Positions 60,441 through 64,000 of a stretch of DNA of 64,000 nt are shown piece after piece. The DNA lies in the NCBI GenBank assembly GCA_030688135.1, contig JAUYIW010000067.1, positions 23,982 to 87,981 on the forward strand, in the 5' to 3' direction. The notes under the pieces were generated by a model. That model saw nothing but the letters and a program-made list of their open reading frames with translations. It had not been told where the DNA came from and did no database searches. The translations under genes were made by a program, and so were the position numbers. This stretch comes from Candidatus Uhrbacteria bacterium. GTDB lineage: Bacteria > Patescibacteriota > Patescibacteriia > UBA9934. The first letter of the stretch is position 1. Each line of letters starts with the position of its first letter.

Positions 60441-61361
60441 CTACCCGTCAATCGATCTCCAACTCGACAAATCCCTCCCTAATAAATCCTCAACATAACG
60501 AATATCTTCTTCGAACTGTGGTAGCAATTCACTTCTCAATGCTCTATCCAATTCAGGCCTCGATTTACTAGCGCCAATCCTTCGAATCCTCTCCTTCAAT
60601 TTTCCAAGAGGCCTTCTAATTGAAACTGGAAGATTACGCACAGCACCAGTAAAGCTTACCGCCTCCATTACACGTTGTAGCTTCCTAAATCGCGGAATAT
60701 AGGCCTGATTAGACTCATGTTTAAAATCTAGCTTGATATCGGGATCGACATTTAAAAACTTACAAATTCTATTCATCTGCCCTTCCGTGTCTCTTCGAAG
60801 GTCTTCCGAAAGTAAAACCAAAATCTGCTCGCTCGGAAAAAGTTTAAAAAACCTTTCTAAATGAGTCTTGTAAGAACTAACATCTATGTAATACTGCAAT
60901 CTTGGATGATTCTCGTGAACCATTTCTTTAAAACTAGGAAAATATTTCTTTTTAAAACCATACCTATTTTCATGCCAATATTCTGAAAAAACTCGCGCCA
61001 CCGGATCACGAAGCAAAAAAATCAATTTTATATCTGGCATAAACTTGTAGAGCATTTCTGCTGAATCAGGAAAATATAAATATTGAACCGAGGCTTCGCC
61101 AATGGCTCTCTGTGTATCGTTTGGATTGAATTGAGACTTATACCAATCCCAACCTTTATAAAAAGTTCCAGACCCAAGAGGATCAACTCCGAACTCGTCT
61201 CCAATAAGTGATCCACGCTCAAACTCGCCTTTAAACTCTGAAAAAAATGTAATTTCTTTTGGATTTGAAACAAAAACTTCAGGATGCGAACTTAGATAAT
61301 CTGCAAGCGAAGTTGTACCGCACTTGGGCGCGCCAGCAATAATAAAATTCGGTAATGCCAT
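60441..61361 (-). CDS. PAPS-dependent sulfotransferase
   Basis: PNFIIAGAPKCGTTSL (5'-PSB loop), LRDPV.R..S (3'-PB). Confidence 0.9.
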   Translation of the reverse strand: MALPNFIIAGAPKCGTTSLADYLSSHPEVFVSNPKEITFFSEFKGEFERGSLIGDEFGVDPLGSGTFYKGWDWYKSQFNPNDTQRAIGEASVQYLYFPDSAEMLYKFMPDIKLIFLLRDPVARVFSEYWHENRYGFKKKYFPSFKEMVHENHPRLQYYIDVSSYKTHLERFFKLFPSEQILVLLSEDLRRDTEGQMNRICKFLNVDPDIKLDFKHESNQAYIPRFRKLQRVMEAVSFTGAVRNLPVSIRRPLGKLKERIRRIGASKSRPELDRALRSELLPQFEEDIRYVEDLLGRDLSSWRSIDG

Positions 61362-61362
61362 A

Positions 61363-62127
61363 TTAATTACTAACTATAAAATGTGGATTTCTTAAATCTT
61401 CTTTATTGTACCTCATTCTCTCCAGACCCTCGACAGTCAGCACACTTCCCCCTGCCTCTTCAACAATAATCTGCGCTGCCGCAGTATCCCATTCCATAGT
61501 TGTGCCAAGACGAGGATAAACATCTGCCGCCCCTTCAGCAACTGCTAAAAACTTTCTGGTGCTGCCAAACTGTTTAATTTCAGGGCTGATATACTCTTCC
61601 ATATACTTTACAGTTTCTTCGTTCATGTGATTTCGGGACGCTACAATCCTTACGTTTCCGTTAGGCTTTTCAGATACATGAATCATCTCAGTTTTTTCTC
61701 CTACTTCTAAAAACGCACCGCCTCCACTTACAGCGTAATACAATAAACCATGCGCTGGAACTAAAACTACACCAAGAATAGAAATCCCACTTTCAATAAG
61801 AGCAATATTAACAGTAAAGTCCCCAGTCCTTGCAATAAATTCCTTTGTGCCATCGATTGGATCAACTAGCCAAAAATCTTTCCATTCCTTTCGCTCATTG
61901 TAAGAAACGCTATCCCCTTCTTCGCTAAGAACTGGTAGCCCAGTTCGCGAAAGAATATCAAAAATTATTTCATGAGAGCGCCTATCCGCAATGGTTATTG
62001 GCGAATTGTCATCTTTTATTTCAACACCAAAGTTACTCGATAAATAAACATCCATTATTGAATCAGAAGCGACCTCTGCAGCTTCTTTTGCAATACTCAA
62101 ATATTTTCCTAATTCATCGATCAACAT
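61363..62127 (-). CDS. cysQ: 3'(2'),5'-bisphosphate nucleotidase CysQ
   Basis: K.D.SP.T.AD, SEE, WLVDPIDGTKEF, YPR...TMEWDTAA. Confidence 0.93.
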   Translation of the reverse strand: MLIDELGKYLSIAKEAAEVASDSIMDVYLSSNFGVEIKDDNSPITIADRRSHEIIFDILSRTGLPVLSEEGDSVSYNERKEWKDFWLVDPIDGTKEFIARTGDFTVNIALIESGISILGVVLVPAHGLLYYAVSGGGAFLEVGEKTEMIHVSEKPNGNVRIVASRNHMNEETVKYMEEYISPEIKQFGSTRKFLAVAEGAADVYPRLGTTMEWDTAAAQIIVEEAGGSVLTVEGLERMRYNKEDLRNPHFIVSN

Positions 62128-63361
62128 ATGAATGTATCATCCCTGCTGCCACAGTATTATTTGTCTCAGGGTCAATCAGAATAATGCTACCGGTTGATTT
62201 ATTGTTCCTGTATGTATCAAAACACACTGGATCTTGTGTGATTATTCTAGCGCGAATAATGTCGTTCGCTACAACTTCTTTGGTATCCTGCATTCGACTC
62301 AAAGAATGAATGTCAACTTTGTAAATAACTTCCGATACCGCAGCCTTAGTCTCCTTGGATGTCTGACGAATTAAATATGATTTTTGGCGGTCAAATGGTT
62401 GGTCATCCAACCAGCACATCATAACATCAAACTGCGTGCCAACTTGTGGACGATTATTTATTCTTACAAGCATATCTCCACGCATAACTTGAATATCATC
62501 CTCAAGCTCAATTGCCACAGACATGCCTACAGAAGCCTCATTGAGTTGGCTCTTAGCAAGACTAATTTCTAAAATTCTCGATGTAATTCCGGACGGCAAA
62601 ACCATTACTTCATCTCCTTTTCTTAAAGACCCGCTAGCTACTCTTCCAAGAATCATGTTCCGGTCATTTTGTGTAAATACCATTTGAATAGGAAATCTTG
62701 CATCAATATTATTTCCATCTCCAGAAATATGAATATTATCTAACAAATAACTAAGAGTTGGGCCGTCGTACCATGGCATATTAGCTGACCGAGTTACTAC
62801 CCCATCTCCACAAAGCGCACTCATTGGAATAAAATGAATGTCATTTATGTCCAACTTGGAAGAAAATTCTCGGAAACTTTCAACAATATTATCAAATACT
62901 TTTTGATCATAGTTAGCCTTATCCATCTTGTTCACGCAAAGCACAAGGTGAGAAACTTGCAAAAGCGATGCAATGTAAGCGTGACGTTTTGTTTGTTCCT
63001 GAATCCCTTCTTGCGCGTCAATCAAAATCAAAGCAACATTTGCGGTTGAAGAACCAGTAAACATATTTCTGGTGTATTCAAAGTGTCCAGGGCAATCAGC
63101 AAGTATAAACTTGCGTCGTTCAGTTTCAAAATACCTATAGGCAACATCGATCGTTATTCTCTTTTCTTGTTCTGCGGCAAGCCCATCAGTAAAAAGCGAA
63201 AAATCTAAAGACTCAAAACCTCGCTCCTTACTGGCGCGTGTCACAGATTCCACCTGATCTTCATAAACCGAACCGGAATCAAATAGCAGGCGACCAATCA
63301 AGGTGCTCTTACCGTCGTCCACTGAACCGATTGTAACTAATCTAAGAAGCTCCTTATTCAT
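62114..63361 (-). CDS. cysN: sulfate adenylyltransferase subunit 1 (no fused APS kinase)
   Basis: GSVDDGKSTLIGRLL, ITIDVAYRYF, N.TVAAGMI; start re-called at MNKELL. Confidence 0.94.
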   Translation of the reverse strand: MNKELLRLVTIGSVDDGKSTLIGRLLFDSGSVYEDQVESVTRASKERGFESLDFSLFTDGLAAEQEKRITIDVAYRYFETERRKFILADCPGHFEYTRNMFTGSSTANVALILIDAQEGIQEQTKRHAYIASLLQVSHLVLCVNKMDKANYDQKVFDNIVESFREFSSKLDINDIHFIPMSALCGDGVVTRSANMPWYDGPTLSYLLDNIHISGDGNNIDARFPIQMVFTQNDRNMILGRVASGSLRKGDEVMVLPSGITSRILEISLAKSQLNEASVGMSVAIELEDDIQVMRGDMLVRINNRPQVGTQFDVMMCWLDDQPFDRQKSYLIRQTSKETKAAVSEVIYKVDIHSLSRMQDTKEVVANDIIRARIITQDPVCFDTYRNNKSTGSIILIDPETNNTVAAGMIHSYVDR

Positions 63362-63362
63362 A

Positions 63363-64000
63363 TTAAAAATATCCAGCCCTTTTTCTATCTTCCATTGCCG
63401 AAGTAGACAACTTGTCATCAACTCTTGAACCACGTTCACTCTGCTTTGCAACCTCAAGCTCTGCAATTATCTCCTGAATGGTATTAGCTTTTGAACAAAC
63501 AGCGCCAGTGCACGTTATATCGCCAACTGTTCTAAACCTTACAGTCATGATTTTTGATTCCTCACTCGTTTGCTTATCTAAAATACCTTCGTCTGCCAAA
63601 ATCACACCATTACGGCTAAAACACTTTCGATTATGCGCAAAATATAACTCGGGAACAACTAGTCGTTCTTCCTGAATATATCGCCATACATCCAACTCGG
63701 TCCAATTGCTAATTGGAAATGCCCTAAAATGCTCGCCATCTTTGATTCTACCGTTAAATAAATTCCAAATTTCAGGTCGCTGATTGTTAGGTTGCCATCC
63801 ACCGCCTACATCGCGATGAGAGAAAAATCGCTCTTTTGCACGCGCTTTTTCTTCGTCACGTCTGCCTCCACCTATTGCAGCATCGAATGTATTATCTGCG
63901 ATTGCTCGCTTGAGGGCTATGCTTTGCAATGAGTTTCTGCTCGAATCCAAAGCCTCTTCGGCCACTCCAGTGTTGATAAGGTCCTGCACACTGCCAACTA
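63363..64000 (-). CDS. cysD: sulfate adenylyltransferase subunit 2 (5' end outside window)
   Basis: GGGRRDEEKARAKER.FS.R, QRPE.WNL.N, VRFRTVGD..CTGA, ME.RK..GYF. Confidence 0.93.
   Translation of the reverse strand, partial: VGSVQDLINTGVAEEALDSSRNSLQSIALKRAIADNTFDAAIGGGRRDEEKARAKERFFSHRDVGGGWQPNNQRPEIWNLFNGRIKDGEHFRAFPISNWTELDVWRYIQEERLVVPELYFAHNRKCFSRNGVILADEGILDKQTSEESKIMTVRFRTVGDITCTGAVCSKANTIQEIIAELEVAKQSERGSRVDDKLSTSAMEDRKRAGYF

Overview
64 kb of a bacterial chromosome using the standard genetic code (TAA, TAG and TGA all end genes). It is most likely a Patescibacteria (CPR) genome, probably Parcubacteria/ABY1-like. This is inferred from the missing rpmD (L30), the short GAD-less AspRS, mostly SD-less housekeeping genes and abundant intergenic palindromes. 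The backbone is housekeeping: hisS, lepB, LCP, der, pth, dprA, folC, topA, rel, parAB, a MacAB-like ABC system, 3 tRNAs, scpAB, aspS, recO, yqgF, the str-S10-spc superoperon through map, and a cysD-cysN-cysQ-sulfotransferase module at the right end. Overlaid on this are: (i) six visibly GC-rich single-gene islets, each with a perfect TTGACA-17-TAnnnn promoter; two of these end in tails resembling diversity-generating-retroelement (DGR) variable regions and share the same downstream architecture, although no RT or template repeat is in the window; (ii) a RAYT transposase with four REPs, an intact IS256-family element with 8-bp TSD, and three MITE families, one nested inside a REP; (iii) a family of ~100-bp hairpin inserts at operon junctions; (iv) duplicated gene ends (pth 5' end, tRNA-fMet 3' end) that look like integration scars. 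No CRISPR-Cas or rRNA was seen. All calls are from visual reading; no searches were run.
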